Of a stretch of DNA of 64,000 nt, positions 40,474 through 50,302 are shown one piece after another. This stretch comes from Candidatus Eiseniibacteriota bacterium. Its GTDB lineage: Bacteria; Eisenbacteria; RBG-16-71-46; CAZAMP01. Where the stretch lies: the NCBI GenBank assembly GCA_965224245.1, contig OZ245046.1:992001-1056000 (forward strand), in the 5' to 3' direction. The notes under the pieces are model-generated. The model did no database searches, was not told the origin of the DNA, and worked only from the letters and a program-made list of their open reading frames with translations. The translations under genes and the position numbers were made by a program. The first letter of the stretch is position 1; the number at the start of each line of letters is the position of its first letter.

Positions 40474-43461
40474 ATGACACCGCACCGGCTGATCCTCGCC
40501 CTCGTCGTTTCATGCTGTGCAGGCGGCGCATCCGCCACGGACTTCCAGTACGAGATCTTCCCCGGACCGGTGAACAGCTCCTTCGACCTCGCCCTCGACT
40601 GGGCGGGACGTCCCCACCTCGCGTACGAGAACCGCGACACGTACGACATGGAGCACGCCTCTCGCGGACCCGCCGTGTGGGTGGCGGAACCGATCGAGTG
40701 TTCGAGTCCGGCCTCGGACGCGAGGATGGCGATCAGCGTCGAGCCCGACGGCGACGTGCACATCGCATCGGGCTCCCAGGTCTGGGGGGGAGATCAGGAC
40801 TTCGTCACCTACTTTCATCAAGAGGACGGCATCTGGCAGAGCTGTGAATACGTCCTGATCGGACCCGGTCGCGGGTTCGTCTGGATACCGGATGTCGAGG
40901 CGGACCGGCTGGGCCGCACGCATCTCGTTGCCCACACCTCTTCCGGGAACTCGGACACCTACTACCTCCGCCGCGACGGCGACGTGTGGTCAGAGGTGTT
41001 CACGCTTCCCTGCTGGGGTCGGATCGATCTCGAGCTCGACTGGACCCGACACACACCCGGGGCTCTGTACCGCAGCCACGTCGACTATCCACTCTATCGC
41101 GCCGACTTCACCCAGGAGCCCTTCGGAGACGTGGGAGGTCCCTGGGAGTCCGAGACCGTCACGTCCGACGGGTATCTCGCATTCCACTTCGGGATCCTCG
41201 GTATCCCACACGTGGCCATCGGCACGTCGACGGACGTCGAGTACGGCTACCGGGAGACCACCGGGGAATGGCTGATCTCTCCCGTCCTGTCCGGGTACTG
41301 GGTGTACGGGATCGAGCTCGAGATCGACAGCGGCCAGGATCCCCATATCGTCTTCTCCGATCGGAACACGAACCAGCTCTTCTACGCCCGGCGTGTGAGC
41401 GGTGTGTGGTCGGTCGAGGTCATCGACGCACACGACTTCAACGATTCCTTCGCCCTCGCCCTGGACCCCTACGACAACCCCCACGTCGCGTACTGGGACC
41501 GTGTGGCGTCCGAGCTGACATACGCGGCGGTACGGGACTGCGACGGGGACGGCGTCCTCGACGACGTGGAGATCGCGAACGGGACCGCCATGGATTGCAA
41601 CGAGAACGGCGTTCCCGACGATTGCGAGATCGACGCCGGCGTGGCGAGCGACTGCAACGGCAACGGCATCATCGACGGGTGCCCGGAGGAGTCGGACTGC
41701 GACGAGGACGGCACCCCCGACGACTGCGAGATCGCCGCGGGCACCGCCTTCGACTGCAACGGCAATGGCATTCCCGATGGGTGCGAGATGGCGTCGGGCA
41801 TCGGCGACTGTGACGGGAATGGCGAGGCGGATCTGTGCCAGTTCGCGTCGGAGCTCACGCTCGTTGGAGGCAGTCGATCCGTGTACGGCGACGTCAACGG
41901 GGATGGCCTCACGGACGTCGTCCTCGGAGAGCCGGATCACAACGACGGTCGTGGACACGCGGCGCTGTTCTACGGCTCCGATCCGACCGACGTCACCGCC
42001 GATCGGACGTACGATGGAAGCGACGTCCTCGAGGGTCTGGGAACCTCACTCGCCATGGGGGATCTCGACCACGATGGGTTCGACGACTACGTCATCGGGG
42101 CGCCGGGCCCGGGACCGGGGGATCCGCTCTACCACAACGGCAGCTTTCGCATCGGCTTCGGCGCGGCCGACGACGCGGACGTCGTCGAGGTCGTGTACGA
42201 CACCCCCGGGTGGAAGGATCAGCTCGGCTACGCCGTCGCCATCGTGGACGTGAACGGAGACGAACACGATGATCTGGTGGTGGGGGTTGCCTGGAACGCG
42301 TCGATTCAGTTCTTTCTCGGCAACCCGTTCGACTTGACACCTGACGCCACCTGGTACGGCGCCTCCGGCTCGGGCTTCGGAAAGATGATCGAGCGAGTGG
42401 GCGACGTGAACGAAGACGGTCTCGACGACCTGCTCGTGGGGCTGTCCTCGCTCGACGAGGCCAGAGTGTATCTGTCCCAGTACGGCGGCCTTCCGGTCGA
42501 GGGGCCGACGCTCACCGGCATGTCGGCCGGGGAGGCGTTCGGCTTCTCCGGTGGCGGCGTCGGCGACGTGAACGGCGACGGCCATCACGACGTGATCGTG
42601 GGCGCTCCGTCGTACGACGGCGCAATGGCCGATCAGGGACGTGCCTACCTGTTCCTCGGCGGACCGGGAATGGACGGCGTCGCCGACCTCGTACTCGAAG
42701 GGTCGGCTGCGGGCGAGGCCCTGGGCCGCGATGCCACCATCATTCCCGACGTCAACGGTGACGGGTTCGACGAGGTGTTCCTGGGCAACGACACCGGGCA
42801 GGAGGCGCCACGGATGTCGGGCCGGGCCTACATGTGCCTGGGTGGTGATCCCCTGGACGACGCGCTCGATCAGTTCTTCGCGGGACAGCGCGATCACGAC
42901 GAGGCCGGATCCTCGGTCGGCTACGCCGGCGACACCGACGGCGACGGCCGGCCCGAGATGCTGGTCGGTGCGCCGGCCTACTGTCCACCCGGGGGTGGAT
43001 GTCCCGGCGGACCGATCGAGCCCCGGTCTTATCTCTTCGAGTACGACCTGCCGGCGCTCGGGGATTGCAATGCCAACGGGGTGAACGATGCGTGCGACAT
43101 CGCCGATGGAACCTCCGGAGATTCGGACGGTGACGGTGTGCCCGACGAGTGCCAGCTGCTCGGCATCGAGGACATCCCGGCCGTTCCGGGCATCCGGATC
43201 GTGGGGGTGTATCCGACGCCGTTCCACGCGACGACGCGGATCGTGATCGATCTCGACGAGAGGGGGCGCGTGGAGGCGGACGTGTTCGACACGGCGGGCC
43301 GCCACGTGACGGCGCTCGCCGACGGAGCCCGCCCCGCGGGGCGCCACGTTCTGGGCTGGAACGGTCGCGCCGAAGGACGCTCGATCTCGGGCGGGACCTA
43401 CTTCGTCCGGGTACGGGCGCTGGGTCGCGAGCTCACGTCGAGGCTGATTCTGGTCAGGTAG
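40474..43461 (+). CDS. Secreted protein: PH(I/V)xY propeller + Cys/Asp repeat stalk + FG-GAP propeller + FlgD-like CTD
   Basis: Signal peptide, DCNxNGxPDxC repeats, GDVNGDGxxDxxVGAP repeats, CTD. Confidence 0.88.
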   Translation: MTPHRLILALVVSCCAGGASATDFQYEIFPGPVNSSFDLALDWAGRPHLAYENRDTYDMEHASRGPAVWVAEPIECSSPASDARMAISVEPDGDVHIASGSQVWGGDQDFVTYFHQEDGIWQSCEYVLIGPGRGFVWIPDVEADRLGRTHLVAHTSSGNSDTYYLRRDGDVWSEVFTLPCWGRIDLELDWTRHTPGALYRSHVDYPLYRADFTQEPFGDVGGPWESETVTSDGYLAFHFGILGIPHVAIGTSTDVEYGYRETTGEWLISPVLSGYWVYGIELEIDSGQDPHIVFSDRNTNQLFYARRVSGVWSVEVIDAHDFNDSFALALDPYDNPHVAYWDRVASELTYAAVRDCDGDGVLDDVEIANGTAMDCNENGVPDDCEIDAGVASDCNGNGIIDGCPEESDCDEDGTPDDCEIAAGTAFDCNGNGIPDGCEMASGIGDCDGNGEADLCQFASELTLVGGSRSVYGDVNGDGLTDVVLGEPDHNDGRGHAALFYGSDPTDVTADRTYDGSDVLEGLGTSLAMGDLDHDGFDDYVIGAPGPGPGDPLYHNGSFRIGFGAADDADVVEVVYDTPGWKDQLGYAVAIVDVNGDEHDDLVVGVAWNASIQFFLGNPFDLTPDATWYGASGSGFGKMIERVGDVNEDGLDDLLVGLSSLDEARVYLSQYGGLPVEGPTLTGMSAGEAFGFSGGGVGDVNGDGHHDVIVGAPSYDGAMADQGRAYLFLGGPGMDGVADLVLEGSAAGEALGRDATIIPDVNGDGFDEVFLGNDTGQEAPRMSGRAYMCLGGDPLDDALDQFFAGQRDHDEAGSSVGYAGDTDGDGRPEMLVGAPAYCPPGGGCPGGPIEPRSYLFEYDLPALGDCNANGVNDACDIADGTSGDSDGDGVPDECQLLGIEDIPAVPGIRIVGVYPTPFHATTRIVIDLDERGRVEADVFDTAGRHVTALADGARPAGRHVLGWNGRAEGRSISGGTYFVRVRALGRELTSRLILVR

Positions 43462-43485
43462 CCGAAAGGGCAGAGGGAGCGCATC

Positions 43486-46400
43486 GTGCATCATCCCCAT
43501 CATCGGAACGGATGGCGGTCACGAATCGTGGTGGCTTCGCGACCGGCGTTCACTGCCCTCGTCGCGTTCGCGTCTCCAGCCGGTGCCATCGACTTCACCT
43601 TCGAGACGGTCGTCCCGTCCGGGGCCGGACCCGCGGCGATCGCCGTGGACGAGACGGGCATCCCTTGCATCGTCTACGAGGATCTCGTGACCGGCGGGCC
43701 GATGTACACCGTGTGGAACGGATCGGGCTGGGACACCGAGCCCGCTGGAGCCGCGATCGATCCGACCAGCCTCTACAACTTCGATCTCGACCTCGACCCG
43801 ACTGGCCAGCCGCACCTCGTTCACTGCTGGGACAACCCGACGAGCAACGGCGTCGCCTACCGGTTCCGGGACGCGAGCGGCACCTGGACCCGCGACGTGA
43901 TCGACGCGGTGCCGTCCGAGCTGGATCCGTTTCTTCTCTCGCGACTGGAGGTGGACGCCGCGGGGCGGGTGCACGTGATCTCGTACCAGATCAACCGCTC
44001 CATCGGTGATCGACTCGAGTACGTACGCAAGGACCCCGGTGGCGACTTCGAGCTGGTTCTGGGCATCGACGGAGATCGAGCCGCGGACATCGCACTCGCG
44101 AACGAGGTCAGCCCACGCATCGTCTACCTGAAGGAAGGCGGTCACGGTCTCTACTACCTGTTTCCCGATCCCGACGGTGGTTCCTCGTGGTTCACCGACC
44201 AGATCAGCGGGGCGGGGTTCGCGCAGCTCGCTCTCGTCATGGAGGGCTCCGCGATCGCGCACATCGCGAACTTCACCGGCAACCGGACGCTTCGGCACGT
44301 CTCGAACGCTACCGGGTCCTGGGTCGAGACGGACATCGACACCGATGAGAACGCAGGATGGCAGCCGTCGATCGCGCTGGACGAGAACGACGTTCCACAC
44401 CTCGCCTACTCGTACTCGCCGACCGACGACCTCCGCTACGCGACGTCTGCCGGTGGCTCGTGGAGTGAGCGCACACTCGACGCGGTCGGCGACACGGGGC
44501 ATTCGAGCGGTATCGTCATGGATGTGTTCGGCAATCCGCACATCGTGTACCTGGATGAGACGAACCAGGCCGTTCGCTACGCCTACATCCGGGACTGCGA
44601 CGCCGACGGCGTGTCCGACGCCGACGAGATCGCGGCCGGGACCGCCTTCGACTGCAACGGCAACGGGATCCCCGACGAGTGTGACGTCCTGACCGGGGCC
44701 GCGGAGGATTGCAACGGGAACGGACTCGCCGATTCGTGCGAGACCGACTGCAACGCGAACGGCGTGCCGGACGATTGCGACATTGCCGGCGGCACCTCGC
44801 AGGACTGCAACGGCGACGGTGTCCCCGACGAGTGCGAGCCCGACTGCGACGGCGACGGCGTCCCGGATGCCTGCGATACGTTCGAGGACTGCAACGGCAA
44901 CGGGGTGCCCGACGAGTGCGACATCGCCGACGGCACGTCCTACGACTGCAACATCAACGGCGTCCCGGACGAGTGTGACGGGCTGCCCGACTGCAACGAG
45001 AACGGCGTTCCGGATCGATGCGACATTCTCGATGGCACGTCCGGCGACTGCGATTTCGACGACGTCCCGGACGAGTGCCAGGCGTCGTACGCCGACTGCA
45101 ACGGAAACGGCATCTTCGATCGCTGCGACATCGAGGATGGGACGTCCCTGGACTGCAACGTCAACCTCACACCGGACGAGTGTGACCTCGTGGACGGGTT
45201 CACCGACTGCGATCTCGATGGGGTGATCGACGTCTGCAACCTCGTGCTGAAGCTGGAGCTGGACGGTGCGTCGGCCGGCAACGAGTTCGGTCGCGCGATC
45301 GCGAGCGGGGACATGAACGGCGACGGACTCCCGGACCTCATGGTCGGAGCCCCGGGCTTCGGGGCCAGGCTCGTGTACGTCTACCTCGGCGGCGAGCCGA
45401 TGGACGACGTGCCCGACCTGGAGCTGAGCGGCACCGGCGCGACGTTCGGCACGGCGATCGCGGTGGGAGACTTCAACGCGGACACCTACGACGACGTCGC
45501 CGTGGGGGCTCCCCACTCGGGCTCCGGAGCCAAGCGCGTGTACGTGTTCCTCGGCTCATCGGTTCCCGACGCGTCCGCCGACGTCGTCATCAGCGCAGGC
45601 ACGAGCGGAGCCAACAACGAGTTCGGCGCGGCGCTGGCGGCGGTGAACGTGAACGGGGACGCGAACATGGATCTGGCGGTGGGGGTGCCCGCGAACGGGA
45701 ACGCCCACGTCCGGATCTATCTCGGCGACGACTTGACGAGCACGTGGGCGACGCTCACCGGCGCGGGCACCAGCGACGAGTTCGGCGCGTCGGTCGGAAA
45801 CGCCGGTGACGTGGATGGAGACGGACTCGAGGACGTCGTGGTCGGGGAGTTCGAGAGCGACGTGCCGGGCTTCCCCGCGGCCGGACGCGCGCATCTGTTC
45901 CTCTCGCAGCCCGGCGGGACGCCGGTACCGGGCCCGGAGTACCTCGGCGAGGCCGCGGGATCCCGCTTCGGCTACACGGTCTCGGGCGCGGGGGACGTGA
46001 ACGACGACGGCTTCGCCGACGTGGTGGTGGGGGCTCCGTATCACGCCACGTCCGTCAGAGGGGCCGCGTTCCTCTACCTGGGCGACGTGGTGCCCGACGC
46101 CACGGTGGATCTCATGATCGAGGGCATCGACTGGTTCGATCCCATCGGGGGCACGGTCGGGCCGGCCGGTGACGTGAACGGCGACGGCATCGACGACTTC
46201 CTGGTGGGAGTCGGTCTGGGTGGCTTCGGTGACGGGCTCGCGCACCTGTACTTCGGGGGCGACGACCTCGACGCCGAGAGCGAGAGGGTGTTCTTCGCGC
46301 CGCTCTCGTACGACGGCGTGGGCTCGGTGGGACCGCTCGGAGACATCGACGGGGACGGATACCCCGAGTTCGTGGTCGGAGGACCGGAGCACGACGTGCA

Positions 46401-46851
46401 GCGCGGTCGCGTGATGATCTTCGACATCGACATTCCGGACTTCGGGGACTGCAACGACAACGGGGACCCCGATGCCTGTGACATCTCCGGCGGTGCGTCC
46501 TTCGACGTGAACGAGGACGGCATTCCGGACGAGTGTCAGGCGCTATCCACCGAGACCGGATCCTCGACATCACTTCGAACCCGCCTCATCGGTGCATCCC
46601 CGGCGCCGTTCGGCGAGGCGGCCGAAGTCCGGTACGAGCTTGCCGCTGCCTCGCACGTGGTGCTCGAAGTGTTCGATGCCGCCGGGCGCCGCGTGGCGCA
46701 CGTGGACGAGGGGCCGATCGCGGCGGGTCGACACACGATCGTCTGGGTCGGGCGGGACGATGGGGGCCGCTCGTTGCCGAGTGGCGCCTACTTCCTGTCG
46801 CTCTGGCTCGACCACGAACGGTTCAGCTCGCGGCTCGTGTTGCTGCGGTAG
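43486..46851 (+). CDS. Paralog of 40474 with a longer Cys/Asp repeat stalk, FG-GAP repeats and FlgD-like CTD
   Basis: Same domain order with 13 tandem DC..C units; GGGAG RBS before the GTG start. Confidence 0.88.
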   Translation: MHHPHHRNGWRSRIVVASRPAFTALVAFASPAGAIDFTFETVVPSGAGPAAIAVDETGIPCIVYEDLVTGGPMYTVWNGSGWDTEPAGAAIDPTSLYNFDLDLDPTGQPHLVHCWDNPTSNGVAYRFRDASGTWTRDVIDAVPSELDPFLLSRLEVDAAGRVHVISYQINRSIGDRLEYVRKDPGGDFELVLGIDGDRAADIALANEVSPRIVYLKEGGHGLYYLFPDPDGGSSWFTDQISGAGFAQLALVMEGSAIAHIANFTGNRTLRHVSNATGSWVETDIDTDENAGWQPSIALDENDVPHLAYSYSPTDDLRYATSAGGSWSERTLDAVGDTGHSSGIVMDVFGNPHIVYLDETNQAVRYAYIRDCDADGVSDADEIAAGTAFDCNGNGIPDECDVLTGAAEDCNGNGLADSCETDCNANGVPDDCDIAGGTSQDCNGDGVPDECEPDCDGDGVPDACDTFEDCNGNGVPDECDIADGTSYDCNINGVPDECDGLPDCNENGVPDRCDILDGTSGDCDFDDVPDECQASYADCNGNGIFDRCDIEDGTSLDCNVNLTPDECDLVDGFTDCDLDGVIDVCNLVLKLELDGASAGNEFGRAIASGDMNGDGLPDLMVGAPGFGARLVYVYLGGEPMDDVPDLELSGTGATFGTAIAVGDFNADTYDDVAVGAPHSGSGAKRVYVFLGSSVPDASADVVISAGTSGANNEFGAALAAVNVNGDANMDLAVGVPANGNAHVRIYLGDDLTSTWATLTGAGTSDEFGASVGNAGDVDGDGLEDVVVGEFESDVPGFPAAGRAHLFLSQPGGTPVPGPEYLGEAAGSRFGYTVSGAGDVNDDGFADVVVGAPYHATSVRGAAFLYLGDVVPDATVDLMIEGIDWFDPIGGTVGPAGDVNGDGIDDFLVGVGLGGFGDGLAHLYFGGDDLDAESERVFFAPLSYDGVGSVGPLGDIDGDGYPEFVVGGPEHDVQRGRVMIFDIDIPDFGDCNDNGDPDACDISGGASFDVNEDGIPDECQALSTETGSSTSLRTRLIGASPAPFGEAAEVRYELAAASHVVLEVFDAAGRRVAHVDEGPIAAGRHTIVWVGRDDGGRSLPSGAYFLSLWLDHERFSSRLVLLR

Positions 46852-46947
46852 GCGGGGCGGCAGCCGTCGCCCCGGAGCCCCAGCTCCCCGGACGGCACGA
46901 CCTAAATCGAGTCCCGGACACCCTGCCGTCGTCCATCCGCGACGCGG

Positions 46948-48351
46948 TCACTTCAACAACGTCATCCGCCTGGTCTCCACGTGGCCTCCCACGACGAGGC
47001 TGTAGAAGTACACCCCGGACGCGAGGACCGCCCCCTCGGGGGTACGCGCCGTCCAGGTCACCTCGTTCAGGCCTGAAGGCGATGCATCACCGTCGAGCGG
47101 CCGACCCACCAGACGGCCGGCGGCGTCGTAGATGCTCAGCTGCACCGCCTCGGCGCGCGCGAGGGAGAAGCGGATGGTCGTTCGGGGGTTGAACGGGTTC
47201 GGGGAGCAATCGTGCAGTCGGGGCGTCGCAGAAGTCGATGTCCATTCCGGCACGTCGATGACGTCGGGCAGCATGCTGATGTGCATGTGGGTGTGGTGGA
47301 ACAGATACCACCCCAGTCCGGAGTCCTCCGTCTCGTAAGCCAGGGGAACCGCCGACCGGAGCTCCGCATCGATCCAGCCGAGCGTCACCAGCTCGTCGAG
47401 GGCGCTCTCGAGGATCGGACCGATCCGTCCGTCCACGCCTACGGCTCGCAGGTTGGGATGCTCGCTGAGATAGGCGATGAACAGGGCGGTCCGCCAGGGA
47501 TCGAGCGCGTACGGGTCGTCCACGAGGTGATACTGGTCCACCGTTCCCAGGTAGTGATCGCCCACGGCTCGCAGAAGATCGTCCGGCGCGTACAGCTGGT
47601 AGTAGCCGGTGTCGATGTCCTTGCCGTCCTCGTGTGTTCCCGGTGGATGCCTCGGCGCGCCGACGTCGGTGCCGGGTGTGCCACTGTCGGCCTGACTCAT
47701 GTCTCCGAGGCCGAGAGGGGCGAAGTTGCCGTAGTCCCAGTCCGTGGTCTTGCACTCGACCTTGGCGGCGGCGTACTTGATGAGGTAGACGAGATCCCGT
47801 CGCAGATAGCTGTACCGCTGGTCGTCCCACGTCTCGCCGCCCGGCATGGGGTAGTTCAGGTACCCGGGGCCTTCGACCGGCTCGAACGGGATCAGCTCGC
47901 TGCAGTAGAAGATGTCGCCGTCTTCACAGAGCACGGGCGGAAGATCACCGCAGTCCGGACCCGGCGCCGGACCGGGATACGGTGTCACCGCCAGCTCCCG
48001 GGTCACGAACCACGTCCCGAGCAGAACCGAGGACTGCCACACATCGCCGGCGATGGTCTCTCCGACGACGGTGCCGTCGAGCCCGAGGACCGCCGGATCG
48101 CCGATCGTGACGACGTCTCCGTCGATGGTCATGGGAAGTGACTGATGAAAGGCCCCGATCTCCGGAACGTACAGCACGGCCACGCCCGTGCCGCCCGAGT
48201 CGGTGAGATGGAGATCGACGGGGGTGGTGAAGAACTCGTCGTCCACGCTCCAGCCGGCGCCGTACCACTGACCGCTCAGATCCGCACGCGCTTGCATCGG
48301 ACCGAGCAGGAGCATCAGCAGCGCCGGTGCGAGCACTGTTGGCCGCGCCAT
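46948..48351 (-). CDS. Secreted MepA-like (LAS-type) murein endopeptidase domain protein with FlgD-Ig CTD
   Basis: LGDMS..HPPGTHEDGKDID..HHTHMHIS motifs; GAGGAG RBS; PNPFNPRTTI CTD. Confidence 0.75.
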   Translation of the reverse strand: MARPTVLAPALLMLLLGPMQARADLSGQWYGAGWSVDDEFFTTPVDLHLTDSGGTGVAVLYVPEIGAFHQSLPMTIDGDVVTIGDPAVLGLDGTVVGETIAGDVWQSSVLLGTWFVTRELAVTPYPGPAPGPDCGDLPPVLCEDGDIFYCSELIPFEPVEGPGYLNYPMPGGETWDDQRYSYLRRDLVYLIKYAAAKVECKTTDWDYGNFAPLGLGDMSQADSGTPGTDVGAPRHPPGTHEDGKDIDTGYYQLYAPDDLLRAVGDHYLGTVDQYHLVDDPYALDPWRTALFIAYLSEHPNLRAVGVDGRIGPILESALDELVTLGWIDAELRSAVPLAYETEDSGLGWYLFHHTHMHISMLPDVIDVPEWTSTSATPRLHDCSPNPFNPRTTIRFSLARAEAVQLSIYDAAGRLVGRPLDGDASPSGLNEVTWTARTPEGAVLASGVYFYSLVVGGHVETRRMTLLK

Positions 48352-48778
48352 CGTGAAACTCCTCGTTCGAGCTCACACGTCATCATGTGTCACCTACGGT
48401 GGCGATGACGAACACCACGTTGATTGTATCGCCTCTCGGGTCGTGCGGCGGTGGCTGTGGTCGAGAACAGCACCTCTGGCTGGAACGCCGTTCGAGAACC
48501 CACGGGGATGAGAAGGACACCCTCCGGGCGATCGGGAGGAAGTGCCGCGATGTGTCATTGCGACAGCGGTCCCTGGGTCACGCCCGCGAGCGGTGGCGCC
48601 CCGGAAGCCCGAAGGAACGCCTCGCTCAGGATCCGCGGCGGTCGGGCGTCGATCTGACGTCATCGGCAGACCTGCCTCCGGCGGGGCAAGAGCGACCGGC
48701 GCCGGCCCGCTTCCGGGCACACGCGGAGGCTCGGCGCAACGCCGGGGCAACGGGGGCGACGACGGCGGGTCGGTGGGC

Positions 48779-48793
48779 TGGCACCTCGCTTGC
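48779..48793 (+). promoter_or_regulatory. Sigma54 -24/-12 promoter
   Basis: TGGCAC-CTCGC-TTGC, about 70 nt before ATG 48863. Confidence 0.75.
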
Positions 48794-48862
48794 GTCTCAC
48801 ACGACACGGACACGTCGTCCACGGTCACTCGAGGCTGCTCGCCCGCATGGGAGGTCGTTCAG

Positions 48863-49396
48863 ATGCGTTTCAGTGCCACTCTCGTCGCCATCGGAATCAC
48901 TCTGGTCACGTGTGTCTCCGCCTACGCGGATCAGAGCTGCGTCGCTACCTGCGGCACGCCGCCGGGCGATCGATCGGGGTCGATCACGATGTGGATCGGG
49001 GACAATCCGGGTGCGTGCGGCGCCGGCTGCCAGTTCGTTCCCGAGGTCGGCATGATGTTCACGATCGTCGGCTACGGCGGGGGTGGAGAGGGGACCGGCT
49101 GTACGCTCGGTGCTGGTGACTGTTGCCTCCACGCGAAGCTCTGCGATGCCTGGGTGAACTCGGTCGACTGCGGTGACATCCAGCAGAACCAGACGTGGTG
49201 CTGGAGAGAGGCTCCCCCGATCGGCTGTCTCGCGGACACGACCCCATGGTTCGAAGTGGCGGCCGATCGCACAGGCGTGCTTGACCACACACCGTATGTG
49301 TGCGGTGAACAGTTCGAGATCGTGCAAGTCAACAGCTCGAGCTTTCCGTACTGCATAGAGGTGGTGGCCGCGGAGTGCAACTCGTGGTCGAAGTAG
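48863..49396 (+). CDS. Small secreted cysteine-rich protein (14 Cys in the mature part)
   Basis: GGGAGG RBS and signal peptide MRFSATLVAIGITLVTCVSAYA. Confidence 0.82.
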   Translation: MRFSATLVAIGITLVTCVSAYADQSCVATCGTPPGDRSGSITMWIGDNPGACGAGCQFVPEVGMMFTIVGYGGGGEGTGCTLGAGDCCLHAKLCDAWVNSVDCGDIQQNQTWCWREAPPIGCLADTTPWFEVAADRTGVLDHTPYVCGEQFEIVQVNSSSFPYCIEVVAAECNSWSK

Positions 49397-49684
49397 ATGG
49401 AGATCGCGCGGCCGCCCGGGTTCATCGACCCGGGTGGCCCCGCGGCTCTCGGACGAGTCGCGTACGGCCTGCTTCGCCGGGGATCTCGTACCATTCAATC
49501 AATGAAACATAGATATCAAATGGACTTTGATGGACGATCCGTCCCATCCTCTCTCGTGCCAGGGGATGAGAACAGTTAATCGCCCCATTCGGGGCACCAA
49601 CCAGAGCACCCTGGCTAGCCGGGGTCGTTCCCGGCGGATTCGTCGGGCCCCGCCACGCGGAGCACCCTGGAATACCCATAGAGA

Positions 49685-49714
49685 TTGACACCACGTGTCT
49701 GTGTGCATTATACG
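49685..49714 (+). promoter_or_regulatory. Putative sigma70 promoter (TTGACA-N18-TATACG)
   Basis: Perfect -35 upstream of 49805; imperfect -10. Confidence 0.4.
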
Positions 49715-50302
49715 TCTCACCCGTCGTGACTATGAGCGGACGTTCTCGCGATCTGGATCACCTCAATTGGCCTTGGATCTTCTCTATTGATCGGAGGTTG
49801 GGTAATGCGCCGTGTTTTGGTCTCGGCGTCGTGCTCGCTCGTGGTCTCGTCCTCCCTCTGCCTCGCGGTCGATCGCGCGTCGCTCTCCATCCATCTCGAG
49901 CCGGCGTCCTACGACGGGTGTGACGCGTTCGACGCCGTCGCGTCGACCTGCTCGGATCTCGTCGTCGAAGGAGATGCCAGTGTCGCGCAGTTCGCCTTCG
50001 TCGTCGCCGCCGGAGTCGGGCAGCTCGAGGGCCTGCAGTTCGGCATCGAGTACGACGCCGCGGTCGACGTCTCGAGCTGGCAGCTGTGCACGGGTGGCTT
50101 TCAGGTGCCTGAGGACGGGTGGCCCGATTCGGGAAGCGCGATCGCGGTCACATTCAACCCCGAGGCCTCGACGACGGCGGAGGACAGCCTCGTGGTCGTG
50201 GGCTGTAGAGAGACACCCCAGAGTTGAGCTAAGGCGACACCCAGATTTACGCACTATCGCGTAAGTCCTATGTCTGTGACGCTCTCGATCGAGGAGGGCG
50301 TC

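Noticed and set aside
49370-49396. C-terminal NSWSK as a fifth SW-IK tail
   Set aside because: It lacks the Pro and the IKxxY part of the motif.
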